DNA of 63,905 nt, filler included, from Stramenopiles sp. TOSAG23-3 (GCA_900128585.1; 7 parts of 7 records of this genome joined end to end with filler, not necessarily neighbours in it); one strand, 5' to 3'. Shown: positions 19,596 to 32,110, numbered from the whole stretch's first letter. Notes: a model not told the origin generated them from the letters alone. Numbers and translations are program-made.

Positions 19596-21092
19596 TCACT
19601 CCAACTTTCTATATTTGGCGTCGATCCGACTGTGCGGGATCTGAACGCCTGGAGAAACCCAAGTCCCGCACGAACATTTGCACCCTGACCATTTCAAAGT
19701 CCCAATCCGGGTCTCACAGTTCGGGCAAAGCGTCTTCCCTTCGCTGTACCCCATCCAGTCCATCGGTTCCGACAAAAAATAGGACTCACACTCGCTGGTA
19801 ATCGTATGCATATCCGCGCCGCATAATTCTGAGGCTGTGAACAAGGTGTGACCGCATTTCCGGCAAACAAATGTGTTCGGCCTTGGGGCTGCGATGGCGC
19901 CGCGTGGAGACGCTTTCAGTAAGTACTGCTCCCAAAGTTCCAAAACCTCTTTTGCATCGACACGCCCCAGGCCAAGGCGAAAATGAGAGTCTCCAAATTC
20001 GTACAGGGGCGAAGGCAGCAGCATCACATTCCCTTCTTCGACCCATTCCTTGCACCGCTTCATTATGGAATCGTCCTTGTCCCGAAGGGATGGGAAAGCG
20101 AAGCTGCCAGCGACAGGGCGCTTCCAGCGGAACGTACCCTTGTGTCGTTCCATGAAAGCGTCGACGGCCTTGCAATTTTCCCTAATTATAGCTAAATTCC
20201 TATCGATGATTGATTTTCCTGCCCGAAGCCCGATCAAAGCCAAAATCTCCGAGGGCGCTGGGGGGCAGATGGTCGTGTAATCCTTCAGCATGCGGACTTT
20301 CGCGTTCAGCTCGGCGCACCTCGACGCCAACCAGCCGATTCGGAGGCCGGGCATTGCATACACCTTGGACATCCCGGACAAAGATACGGCGCGCTCGTAC
20401 GCTTCGCAGGCAGCAGGGTTTTGCGCGCCTTCGTCCAGTTCTAAACCACGGTACATTTCGTCCGAAAACAGATAAGACTTGTGAGACTCACACACGGAGA
20501 TTATTTTGTCAAAATCTTCCCGGGAAAGTTGGCACCCTGTTGGGTTGTGGGGGAAGTTAATGATCACCAGCTTTGTTTGGGCAGTGACCAGCGCTGAAAA
20601 ATCATCGATATCAAACCTCAGGGCGCCGTCGTTCGCTTCGTCGACTACGGGGTTCCATGTCTTCAACGCAGCCCCACAGGCTTTCGCAATCTCGGTTAAA
20701 CTTTGGTAAGCTGGTGATGTAACAACCACTTCGTCACCTTTCGACACCAAGGCACGAATGCTCAAGTAAATGCCTTCTTCGGGGCACACGATGGTGACGT
20801 CCTGCTCGTCGATGTTTCCCTTTGTGTACGATTTGGCTACCTCTTTGCGTAACTGTGGGAGCCCAGCACTTTCCGTATACCCAAGAGTGAGGTTATCCCA
20901 CAGGCTCCTTGTCTCAGAATCAGCCATTTCTAGAACTTCTTTTTGAGTCAATGGTTCACAGTCACTACAGCACAAAAGCTTGGCTCCTGAAAATTCGTAA
21001 ATGGCAAAGTAACGTTCTAATGCAAATGCCTCAAAGCCCGCAACCTCCTTCTTTTCAGAAACGCCCTCGCCGCCGGAAACAACAGACGCCAT
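19596..21092 (-). CDS. PLP-dependent class I/II aminotransferase-family enzyme fused to a Yvh1/DUSP12-type zinc-binding domain
   Basis: FALERYFA.YEF, LGYTESAG..LR, NFPHNPTG, SDEMYR, SLSGMSKVYAMPGLRIGW (PLP lysine), FRLGLGR; then CRKC...H...C..YF.EP..WM...GK..CPNC..RIG...WSG.KCSCG.WV.P..QI..SRID. Confidence 0.9.
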   Translation of the reverse strand: MASVVSGGEGVSEKKEVAGFEAFALERYFAIYEFSGAKLLCCSDCEPLTQKEVLEMADSETRSLWDNLTLGYTESAGLPQLRKEVAKSYTKGNIDEQDVTIVCPEEGIYLSIRALVSKGDEVVVTSPAYQSLTEIAKACGAALKTWNPVVDEANDGALRFDIDDFSALVTAQTKLVIINFPHNPTGCQLSREDFDKIISVCESHKSYLFSDEMYRGLELDEGAQNPAACEAYERAVSLSGMSKVYAMPGLRIGWLASRCAELNAKVRMLKDYTTICPPAPSEILALIGLRAGKSIIDRNLAIIRENCKAVDAFMERHKGTFRWKRPVAGSFAFPSLRDKDDSIMKRCKEWVEEGNVMLLPSPLYEFGDSHFRLGLGRVDAKEVLELWEQYLLKASPRGAIAAPRPNTFVCRKCGHTLFTASELCGADMHTITSECESYFLSEPMDWMGYSEGKTLCPNCETRIGTLKWSGCKCSCGTWVSPGVQIPHSRIDAKYRKLE

Positions 21093-21504
21093 TGCGTTTC
21101 TTGCGGTTATTAAAAGGATAGAGGGAAAGGCAGCACAAAATCTTGCTTGTTGTCTCTATCCTTTCACTGGATCCTTCGTAAAAAGAATGCATTTCAATTA
21201 AGATTTAATAATATTTCGTTGTTACTGTATAAATTTATACCAGTTAATATATAGTCGTCTATAAAATATCACATTCCTAATAATGCCTGGTGGTGGTGGT
21301 GGTCGGTCTGGTGCTGGTGGCTGGTGGTCTGGTGGTCCGCAATAATTATTTTTTTTTTCGCGCATATCATCCTCCTTCTTCTTCTCCTCGTCCTTCCTTC
21401 CTTCCTTCGTCGTCGGTCCAACAAAAAAACTCCGATTATTACACAGGCACATAACTAGAAAAATATATATATTATAGGGAAATTAGAAATTAGAATACAA
21501 AATA

Positions 21505-21600
21505 AACGAAACCCTAGTTAAAAAGTAACTCTCACGAAGTACTCACTTAGAGTACCGAACGAAACCCTAGTTAAAAAGTACCTCTCACGAAGTACTCACT
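21505..21600. repeat. Two 43-bp direct repeats containing AAACCCTA (telo-box-like), 10-nt spacer
   Basis: 21505-21547 and 21558-21600 differ by one substitution. Confidence 0.9.
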
Positions 21601-21995
21601 GAAGAAAAAGTCGTTTCCGTTATTAATTATATTAAATATTTATTTTTTTATTTCAATGCTATGCCCTTTTATTCTTACTTGCGGTATTTCTTTATTATTA
21701 CGACGAGGAAAAAAGAAGGAAAAAAGGAAAGAACAAGAACAAGAGGTTATTTATTTTTATCCTCATCATCTCACATACTAATAAGGGAGCGAATTGCATG
21801 CTGGAGTGAACAAAAAGGTCGGTTCCGCAGTTTTACTTGGAGCCAAAGGGTAAATGTTTATTGCAGTTAAGAAGTTGAATACGAACTGGTTGTGATTCAT
21901 AGTTTGAAATATTCTCGTGGAATCAATAGTTTGTATTTTTTCAATGGTTACAAGGATTGTGTAATGTGCTGAAGAGAGTAGCTCTGCCACTTGCA

Positions 21996-24704
21996 ATGCC
22001 ACGAAGTCCTACGAAGGCGAGGCTTCCTCCCGTGCAACCTCCGCAAACGTCGCTGTTGCAAAAGTATCAGGATACGGATCCAGCGGAGGACGAAGAGGAG
22101 AGACGAGTAAGCCATCTGCGAAAAAAAGTGTTTGATTTTTTATGCTCTCAAGTAGAAACCCATGTCTTGGACTTTCGTAACCAAGACCTAGACGACAGTG
22201 TGCTATGGAACGCAACGAACGCCATAGCTGGGGTCAGCTCCTCGGTCAATCTGGCTGGGATGAAAAATATCACTGCGAAGAGACTGCGGTCGATTGCGTT
22301 GACGATGGGAGACAGTATGGAAGCTGTCAACTTGGCGGGATGTCCCGTCGACGATTACGTGCTGCAGACAATTGTCATTCGTCTGTTCAAACTTCAATTT
22401 GTGAACTTGTCTGGGTGCAACTTGATCACGAACACGGCCATGAAGTCGCTCGCCGAAGGTTGCAAAGAGACTCTGACAGCAATCGATATATCCGGCTGTA
22501 AGGGGATAACGGAGGCCGGGATATCATGGCTCGCGGGAACCGTTGGACAAATGTCACTCCCATGTAGAGAGCTGCGGTCGTTGAACGTTTCGGGTTGTAT
22601 TCGAATCCGAAACCCGGGAATAAGTGACCTTGGGCTCGGCTGTCACAATTTGCAGTTTTTGGCGGTTCGAGGCTGCGTTGAGCTGACGTCGAAGAGTATC
22701 GTGGACGTTGCAAAGGGCTGTCCGGACTTGCGCCTTATAAACACCTACGGGTGCATGAAAGTGACAGACCTAGCGCTGAAGGCCCTTGGTAAATATTGTA
22801 ACAATTTAGAGTCCGTTAATTTTGGAAGGTGCCCTTTGATAACGGACAAGGGGGTCATCGCGGTGGCAAACGGTTGCCCAAGAATACAGTCGGTCAATTT
22901 GGCGGCGTGCGTGAACCTTTCGGAAAATGGCATCTGTGCCATTGCGTTCAATTGCAAAGCTTTGCAAATGCTCAACGTTACGGGCTGCGAAGACGTTACT
23001 GAAAACGGGATGAAGGAGCTCCTGCGCGGGCTCCCTTTCACGCAGATGGCGCGAACGTACGTAGGGTTTAAGCCAAAGGATGGATACCGACACATCCGTT
23101 TGGGGGTCCAACGAACAACATTAGAAAATAAAGCTGCGGAGCAAATCCAAGCTCTGGCGATAGGCCATGCCACGAGGGTGCGGCTGGTACGAGAGCGTAG
23201 GGAACGTATCATGTTTTTCGCTGCGCGTAGAATTCAAGTCAACTTCAGGGGGCGGCGTGCCCGCCGAAGGTTTGAAGAGATGAAGTATCATTTGCAGTGT
23301 GAAGCGGCAGCCATTAGGATCCAAAATTGGGTACGGTCAAGGTTTGATCGCTTCGCCGAAATCGCCCTTCAAGCCTTGAAGGTGCTGTACCAGCAGCAAA
23401 CTGCGGTGGTCACTCGGTGCCAGGCACTTTACAGGGGTCGCCAAGTGCGAAGAAAGCTGCATGAGGTAGGCCGTGCGATCCGAACCCTTCGTTTTGATAG
23501 GGAGCTAGAAGCCCAGGAAGCGATTGCGGTCAGGTTCCAAGGGCTTATACGGACCCACCAAGCACACCGTAAAATGGTGGCCATGGGCGAAGAGTTCAAC
23601 CAGCGGATTCGGGACGAGTCTCTGGGTGCCCTGCATATTCAACGGGTAATACGGGGGCACTTTGGGCGCCAGCGGTCCCATGCTGCTCGAAGGGAAAAGG
23701 TGAGGGGCGGAAATAGTGGGACAAATGCAGACTTTGGCGTGATAGGAATTCAGAAGATCTTTCGCGGTCGGTGTTCTAGGTTGAAGCAGTCTGCCAGGGA
23801 GTTGCGCGTCGTGTGGCACGTCCAGCTGAACTACGTCAGCGCGACGGACATCCAGCGAGCCTTTCGTGGGCTGTCGGCGCGAAAACTGCTGGTGAGGATG
23901 AAAAAAGAGAGAAGGGAACAAATCAGGGCGTCGATCGTGCTTCAACGCATTTATCGGGGACACCGCATCAAAAGTTGGCGGATATTGAAGTTCGACCTGA
24001 TCAAGAATAGAGTCCGGGGCAGGCTTCAAAAGCAGCAATTGGTGGTGCAAAAGCGAGTCGCTGCGTCGTTGAAATTGCGCCAGATGTCCCTGGATAATGA
24101 CTCGGCATCAGACGAAGATGCGGAGGATGACGAGTGGCAAGAGCATGTCGACCCAGAAACCGGGAAAGCGTTCTATTTCAACCCTGCACTCAACGAACGA
24201 AAAGACATCCTTCCCACTGGCGAGTCGTGGGAGCATTCCTTAATCGGGTCGCGAGTGCGCATCTACTGGCCCATGGAAGATGAATTCTTTGAGGGAGAAA
24301 TTACGGACTACCACGTGAAGAAAAGCAAATACCGAGTGCAGTACGATGACGGAGAGCACGAATGGATCAATCTCCGCGAAGAGCAAGATAGGGTCATGAT
24401 ATTTTATGCGACCGAAGACTTGGACGGCGATGGCATCATTGACGACAACGATAGGGTCTGGTTGGAGTTCCGGTTTTGTCGCGACCCAGACGCTGCTTTG
24501 CAGAAATTGGAGGCCCCATCCTTCCTTACATCTGTCACGGACAGTGCTGCCGCCTTGGAAGACGGGGGCATGGGCGAAGATTACTTCGCTGAGGGAATCG
24601 ATGACGACGATCTTGACGAATGGGTTGAGTATATTGACGAGGCGACGCAAGAGCCATATTTTTACAACCAGAATACTGGCGAAACGAGGTACTCCATGAT
24701 TTAA
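21996..24704 (+). CDS. Cys-containing LRR + multiple IQ + WW + Tudor + WW protein
   Basis: About 10 LxxLxLxGC..IT LRRs; IQxxxRGxxxR repeats; WW domains (WQEHVDPETGKAFYFNP; WVEYIDEATQEPYFYNQNTGE); Tudor (IGSRVRIYWP.EDEFFEG.I....YRVQYDDGEHEW). Confidence 0.88.
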   Translation: MPRSPTKARLPPVQPPQTSLLQKYQDTDPAEDEEERRVSHLRKKVFDFLCSQVETHVLDFRNQDLDDSVLWNATNAIAGVSSSVNLAGMKNITAKRLRSIALTMGDSMEAVNLAGCPVDDYVLQTIVIRLFKLQFVNLSGCNLITNTAMKSLAEGCKETLTAIDISGCKGITEAGISWLAGTVGQMSLPCRELRSLNVSGCIRIRNPGISDLGLGCHNLQFLAVRGCVELTSKSIVDVAKGCPDLRLINTYGCMKVTDLALKALGKYCNNLESVNFGRCPLITDKGVIAVANGCPRIQSVNLAACVNLSENGICAIAFNCKALQMLNVTGCEDVTENGMKELLRGLPFTQMARTYVGFKPKDGYRHIRLGVQRTTLENKAAEQIQALAIGHATRVRLVRERRERIMFFAARRIQVNFRGRRARRRFEEMKYHLQCEAAAIRIQNWVRSRFDRFAEIALQALKVLYQQQTAVVTRCQALYRGRQVRRKLHEVGRAIRTLRFDRELEAQEAIAVRFQGLIRTHQAHRKMVAMGEEFNQRIRDESLGALHIQRVIRGHFGRQRSHAARREKVRGGNSGTNADFGVIGIQKIFRGRCSRLKQSARELRVVWHVQLNYVSATDIQRAFRGLSARKLLVRMKKERREQIRASIVLQRIYRGHRIKSWRILKFDLIKNRVRGRLQKQQLVVQKRVAASLKLRQMSLDNDSASDEDAEDDEWQEHVDPETGKAFYFNPALNERKDILPTGESWEHSLIGSRVRIYWPMEDEFFEGEITDYHVKKSKYRVQYDDGEHEWINLREEQDRVMIFYATEDLDGDGIIDDNDRVWLEFRFCRDPDAALQKLEAPSFLTSVTDSAAALEDGGMGEDYFAEGIDDDDLDEWVEYIDEATQEPYFYNQNTGETRYSMI

Positions 24705-25216
24705 ATCAACAACAAATTTTAAAATCTACAACAACAAAAAAGCTATAATAATATAGAATTATAATATAATAATTACTCACAAGAAGGTATGTTATATACA
24801 CACTTTATTATATTTTATTCTAATGTACATTAATATATTACGGTATTTTATAGTTATAATACATAGTCTAACTACGTAGTCTACGTAAAATATAATATAA
24901 TATTTTTTTTTTGTTTTGAAAACCGTTCACTAAGAAGTCCTCGTAGTATAATTTAAATTATAGAGAGAGGAGAGAGAAGAGTAAGTAAAAATATATAAAT
25001 TAATTAATTAATATTCAAATTCAATCAACAATTTTATTTATTATAATTAATAATANNNNGAGGAGGAGGAGGAGAGGAGGTATTTATTATTATTATTAAA
25101 AAAATAATAGCACGAAATGTAATTTGAGAGTAATATTATTATAAATGTTCATTCCATCCAATTCAATAAACTATTTTCGTGTCGTAAATTTGTTGGGGAT
25201 TTTTTCTTTTGGATAA

Positions 25217-27154
<1,938 letters not shown>

Positions 27155-27251
27155 AGCGTAGGCTTGGTAAAGAAGGTCTGCAGTGCTCTCTGGTAATGAA
27201 GAGATTACTAGAAGCTCTTACTTTGTACTCTCGTACATATATATAAAAAAC

Positions 27252-27351
27252 AAATTATATAGTATGCTTTCAAACTCTCATTTTTTATATTTTAATATAG
27301 TACGTTTTGATTTAAAACAAATTTATATATAGTTTGCTTTAAGACTTCTCA
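27252..27351 (+). repeat. Two copies of a ~30-bp dispersed AT-rich repeat (AAATTATATAGTATG[CT]TTTAAGACTCTCA consensus)
   Basis: Copies at 27252-27280 and 27319-27351; further copies at 32022-32050 (-) and 52952-52980 (+). Confidence 0.75.
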
Positions 27352-27416
27352 TTTTATATCAATTACAATTTCAGTTCAAGTATGTTTTAATACGATCAAT
27401 ATACTCTTAGTATGTG

Positions 27417-27516
27417 NNNNNNNNNNNNNNNNNNNNNNNNNNNNNNNNNNNNNNNNNNNNTTAATTAATTAANNNNNNNNNNNNNNNNNNNNNNNNNNNN
27501 NNNNNNNNNNNNNNNN
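27417..27516. other. Artificial contig spacer
   Basis: N-run, TTAATTAATTAA, N-run. Confidence 0.95.
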
Positions 27517-27653
27517 TAGGTACCGTCCTGGCCTAGAGTGCTTTCGCTACCGTCGTCCAGCCCGGAGATGGAGCCGTGAAAGGTCGTGAAGAAGACGCCG
27601 CCGCCGCGTCTTTGTGGAAAAGTACGAACCGCTGTTCTTCCAAATTTCAGCAT
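27517..27653 (-). CDS. Possible 5' end of a gene with mitochondrial-presequence-like N-terminus (runs into spacer)
   Basis: MLKFGRTAVRTFPQRR...; GC-richer than the upstream intergenic DNA. Confidence 0.35.
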
Positions 27654-28604
27654 ATCTGTTGTCAGTTGCACAAACGAGTTTAAGTGGGTAAAATTGATTG
27701 AAACTGGTATTTTTTTGTTCCAAATAAGTGTGAGAGATCAGAGTTGAAGTAGACTAGAGTATCGAAATAGGCATACGACGAGAAAAGAAGAAGGACGGAC
27801 GACGACCGACGACCCGTCTCTCTCCTATTAGTCTTACGTTCCATACTGTACCGGTATTATTAAAATGTATTATTACCGTAGTAAGGTCCTAGCGCTACAA
27901 TTTAATATTCACTTATTTGCATTCACTGTCGTACCTGGTAGTACAGTCTAAAAAGAAAAAATAAGTAAAATATGAATAGAGTAGAGTTCGAAGGTGTGTG
28001 TGTGTACTTATTATAAATTACATTGATAAGGTTGTTCAGCGGGAATTGCATGAAGAGAGTATGTTTTAAATTTAAGTATTTTCTACCAATTGGTATGATA
28101 GGTCTACTCGTATATTTATAAGAATAATAAAAATAATATTTATTACAGTAAAAGAGAATTTATACCGTTTTTTGCTTTTCCTCCTGTATTATATTATTAT
28201 TTATTACTGCTTCTTCTATCTCCTATTTATATATTATTAACAGGTATTTTATTTACCCCCCCCCATTCTTCTTGCTTCTTCTTCTGTTACGTTGCAGTGC
28301 GTGCTGTTTGCTGCTGCCTTCTTCTTCCGTCGTTTTTTATATTATAAACAACAACAACAACAATATAATTATTATGTTGTTAACAAAACAACAAAAAAAC
28401 AAGCAAAAACGAAAAATGTGAATATTTCTCGTGATCAAAGCGCCCTCGAATACTCAAGTATTTGGGCGGACGAGAAACTAAGACCATCATCTACCAACAA
28501 ACAATTTTATTTTCGTATTGTTCACTCGTATCATAAACTTGGTTAATTTAATTACCAGAAACATCTTTTGTATCGGTATGGAGAGATAGAGAAGCCAAGG
28601 ACTC

Positions 28605-31600
28605 ATGTTTGTCGCGAGCCAAAATGCTGAAAACAAGGTTGCGTTGGACGGGGAAGAAAGTACCGACTCTCCTGTGTCGGAAGAGATGGTGTGTAGCTCC
28701 AAGCGGGCTATGAGGACAGTTCACCATGCATTGTACCTTATGAAACCAAAAATGATTAAATGTCAGATGGTTGGTATCTTGAAAAAAAAGAGAGCAGAGA
28801 TAGAAAAGTTGAACGCGGACTTAGGCGTGCTTGAACGTGACTGCTCGGGCTTTAAAACTATATTAGCAAAATCCCGTACCCAAGTAGCAGAAAAACAAGT
28901 GCAATTTCAAGAAGTTGTATCTGAACTGCAGGCCCTAGAGAAGAAGAAAAAAGCCTTGCACCGAGAGGAGAGACAACTCTTGCAAGACGCCGAGGAAATC
29001 GATGACCCAAGAAAATACTTAAGGATTTGTAGAAAGGCAGCACAGGCAATTTCCCCAGAAGCCCTTCTCCAGTTACGCGAAAACGTGTTAGCTTACGCTA
29101 ACTTTATGCAGTTGGATGCGCACAGCAAAAAAGAATATCTGGTGGAGCACTTGTCAGCACCAAATCATCCGATAAGCAATAATGCTCGTTTAATATTTGA
29201 CTCAATTTCAATATACTTAATGCAATCTCTGTCGGTTTCAACAAAGAAAGACTTTGTATGCGAAGACAGCGAAGGGTACAAGGTAGCCGTGTCATTTGTG
29301 AGCAGCATCCAAGATTCCCTAATGGGGGATATGGGCAAACCAGAGCCAGGCTTTAACCCCGAAGAAACCGTATTAAGCTCATGGGCAAGAACCCTAAATA
29401 CAATAGTGAACCAGGAAGAGAAGCGTGTCGCCGCAAACGAGGCTGAAATTGATAGCACTATGAACGCTACTGCGTACAACAAGAGCACAGTGGAATTGCG
29501 CCTTCATCTGCGCAGGCGTATGCATTTAAAACTAGTACCTGGCATGCAAAAAGAGTTAAGGCAAAAAGAAGAACGTTCACGTACTTCAGGGTTATCAGCG
29601 AAAAATGTCAGAAAAGAAATATCCATAATTAAGGATTGTTTTAATGAAGAAAGTCAGGAATTGTTGGAACCCTATCAAAAATTGTACGAAGTTCTAAGAG
29701 ATGAAGAAGACGAGCAGTCCACCGACCCTTCTGTGTCAATCGCGGAAGCATTGTATTCTTGGATGGAATCGATGCATGACTACCGCGATTGTCTTGTTGA
29801 TCATGATAGTTGGAGCAATGAAATCAATAGCACACGAGAACATATCTCAGAAATTGAATGCCAAGCCATGGAAACTGCAGCAGCAAAAACGGAATTAGCG
29901 TATAGTCTATTTTGGGCAAAGCGAAAACTAGATCAGCACGTTTGGAACTACAAACGGGTTTTAAGAAAAATTGATGAGCAGCATGCAAAAATCGAAGCTC
30001 GCCAAAACTTTGCAATACCTTTACGTTCTATAACTGCACCAACTTTGTTGCAGAGACTGTCCATCCATATGTCGCAACTAGGCTGTCAACTAAAGAAAAG
30101 CATTTCAAAAGTAAGAGCATTTCGGCGTCAACATGTAAAAGAAGAAACGTTCTTGGGACGTATCCTGGAGCGCCGGGCCATGTGTATTAATGAACTCCAA
30201 ATGGCACACAACCCTTGGGCATGGTATGATACGAGAGGGGCGCTTTGGTCGGAGGACAAGACTCATTTCGAGTGGTTAACTGCAGGCCAAAGGTGCCAGG
30301 CACGATTAAGAGGGTGGAGCCGTTTCTTTGTGGGGACGATCAAGGACATGGCGCAAGGTTCACGGTCTCAAAGTGCTAGTTGTACGATTGAATTCGACGA
30401 TAGGGATGTGGCCTACGATGTTGAACACTACAATATTCAAGTCTTGTATCCAAAAGTTGTATCCAAAGCGAGAGCCATGGAGAAGGGTCAGAAGAAGTAC
30501 ATTCTGACAACATTTTTGCATTCTCGCGACGAAGCCCCATCGACAAAATATACCCCAACATTAGTAAGAATGGATTCCGCTCTGCCTGTATTGTTCCAGG
30601 CAATGGAGCGACAGAATGCGATGTTAGAAAATGCAACAAGTGGTCTTTTTCGTACGCAACAACACATAAAAGAAACGGCAGCAACAATTATAGGGACATC
30701 GTTCCGGATAAGTAAAACTAGCCACCGAATTAGCAGGGAACTTAATAGGCTGGTCAACCATAATAACGTTGTACGAAAGTCAAAAAATAGATACAAATTT
30801 GAAAAGCATCGTCAGGCAGTCAAAATATTTTGTGACACGTATATTGCACGAAATGATGCCTCGTTTGAGATCCAGAGAATATTCCGGGGCTTCGCAGCTC
30901 GGCTACGGGTCGCAAGCTTAGTTAAAGAAAGAGCCGCTGAAAATCTCGTGAAGCAAGCGAAAATGGAAGCCCGTCGTATTGAAGTAGAGTTTGCGAACCG
31001 ATTGAGAGAAAAAAAAATGCAAGAGCAGTTCGTTTCAAACTGGAGATGCCCGCGGTGCCCAATCAAAGCTCAGTATTCTCAAAAGTGGAATTCATTGGCT
31101 GAGATTGAGGTGCATAAAATGACGCACATGCGTGCGGACGAGGTTAAGTTTTCAAAGTTTAGACAGCTTCATGAGCAAAAAGAAAAGGAAAGAAAAAGTA
31201 AACTGTTAAAGCAGCAGTTGGAAGAGGCTCGTGTTCTGGCAAAAATTCGTGAACAAACTCGTGCATTTATGGAGCAGCAAGAAAATGAGGCAAGAATAAC
31301 TGCAAAAGTTGAGCGGGAATCCCTTATTGAAAGCAAAAAATTAAAATTCAACTTCGAATTCCAGCGGCCAATGTTGTCCGCTGCAAAGAGACGAATAAAA
31401 GCACAATACCCCATCGACCCCAAATTTTCTCCAATTTGCCTTCCAAACCGGTGGCCAATTTTAAGGCTAGTCAAGGACCCACGCAGAAAAGACCAAAGGC
31501 TTCGTTTCTCCAAAGTCAATCATCGCATTGAACTCAATTCTTCTCCGTTTCGCCTTGGCCGCGGTTCAGAATGCGATGTGCGAGTTCATAGCTCAATTAG

Positions 31601-31907
31601 ACCAGGAATAGTTAGCAAAGCCCACTGTGTATTTTTCTCCCGACAAACCAAAACAGATATTACACCTGGTTATAAAGTGTCAGTTCTGGACATACATAGC
31701 ACCAATGGTACGTTTGTAAACAGCAAGAAGATCCTCCCCGGAATAGAACACGAGCTTCAAGATGGAGATATCATTGTGTTTGGAAGTTTTTACGTTCCTA
31801 ACAATGCGACAATGGTGAAACGCATTGATGGCGAGCAACAAAACAATTCACCATCAAAGAAACAGAGACTGGTGCCATCCGAACTGATGTATCAACTGTG
31901 GAAGTAA
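28605..31907 (+). CDS. Coiled-coil protein with dynein stalk/MTBD-like region, Tudor, IQ, C2H2 finger and C-terminal FHA domain
   Basis: FHA: FRLGRGSECDV...VSKAHC...LDIHSTNGTFVN...LQDGDIIVFG; IQ: IQRIFRGFAAR; C2H2: CPRC...H..TH; Tudor-like GQRCQARLRGWSRFFVGTI...IEFDD. Confidence 0.85.
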   Translation: MFVASQNAENKVALDGEESTDSPVSEEMVCSSKRAMRTVHHALYLMKPKMIKCQMVGILKKKRAEIEKLNADLGVLERDCSGFKTILAKSRTQVAEKQVQFQEVVSELQALEKKKKALHREERQLLQDAEEIDDPRKYLRICRKAAQAISPEALLQLRENVLAYANFMQLDAHSKKEYLVEHLSAPNHPISNNARLIFDSISIYLMQSLSVSTKKDFVCEDSEGYKVAVSFVSSIQDSLMGDMGKPEPGFNPEETVLSSWARTLNTIVNQEEKRVAANEAEIDSTMNATAYNKSTVELRLHLRRRMHLKLVPGMQKELRQKEERSRTSGLSAKNVRKEISIIKDCFNEESQELLEPYQKLYEVLRDEEDEQSTDPSVSIAEALYSWMESMHDYRDCLVDHDSWSNEINSTREHISEIECQAMETAAAKTELAYSLFWAKRKLDQHVWNYKRVLRKIDEQHAKIEARQNFAIPLRSITAPTLLQRLSIHMSQLGCQLKKSISKVRAFRRQHVKEETFLGRILERRAMCINELQMAHNPWAWYDTRGALWSEDKTHFEWLTAGQRCQARLRGWSRFFVGTIKDMAQGSRSQSASCTIEFDDRDVAYDVEHYNIQVLYPKVVSKARAMEKGQKKYILTTFLHSRDEAPSTKYTPTLVRMDSALPVLFQAMERQNAMLENATSGLFRTQQHIKETAATIIGTSFRISKTSHRISRELNRLVNHNNVVRKSKNRYKFEKHRQAVKIFCDTYIARNDASFEIQRIFRGFAARLRVASLVKERAAENLVKQAKMEARRIEVEFANRLREKKMQEQFVSNWRCPRCPIKAQYSQKWNSLAEIEVHKMTHMRADEVKFSKFRQLHEQKEKERKSKLLKQQLEEARVLAKIREQTRAFMEQQENEARITAKVERESLIESKKLKFNFEFQRPMLSAAKRRIKAQYPIDPKFSPICLPNRWPILRLVKDPRRKDQRLRFSKVNHRIELNSSPFRLGRGSECDVRVHSSIRPGIVSKAHCVFFSRQTKTDITPGYKVSVLDIHSTNGTFVNSKKILPGIEHELQDGDIIVFGSFYVPNNATMVKRIDGEQQNNSPSKKQRLVPSELMYQLWK

Positions 31908-32021
31908 TAAAAATGTTTTATTCTTTCTTCTAGATTTCAGTTCGCAGTACATTAATTTTAATTACTTAAATAACAGCCAATTTTCTTGTTTTTTTATTCT
32001 TTCTTTCACTTATTTTGTTTT

Positions 32022-32050
32022 TGAGAGTCTTAAAACATTACTATATATTT
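32022..32050 (-). repeat. Copy of the ~30-bp dispersed repeat
   Basis: Reverse complement reads AAATATATAGTAATGTTTTAAGACTCTCA. Confidence 0.75.
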
Positions 32051-32110
32051 TGTTTTTTTTAAAAAAATTGATCATCTTCCAGAAACAGCTTCATCACCGC
32101 GCTCTGTCAC

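Noticed and set aside
21505-21600. CRISPR-like array
   Set aside because: Only two units, a 10-nt spacer, no cas genes and a eukaryotic context.
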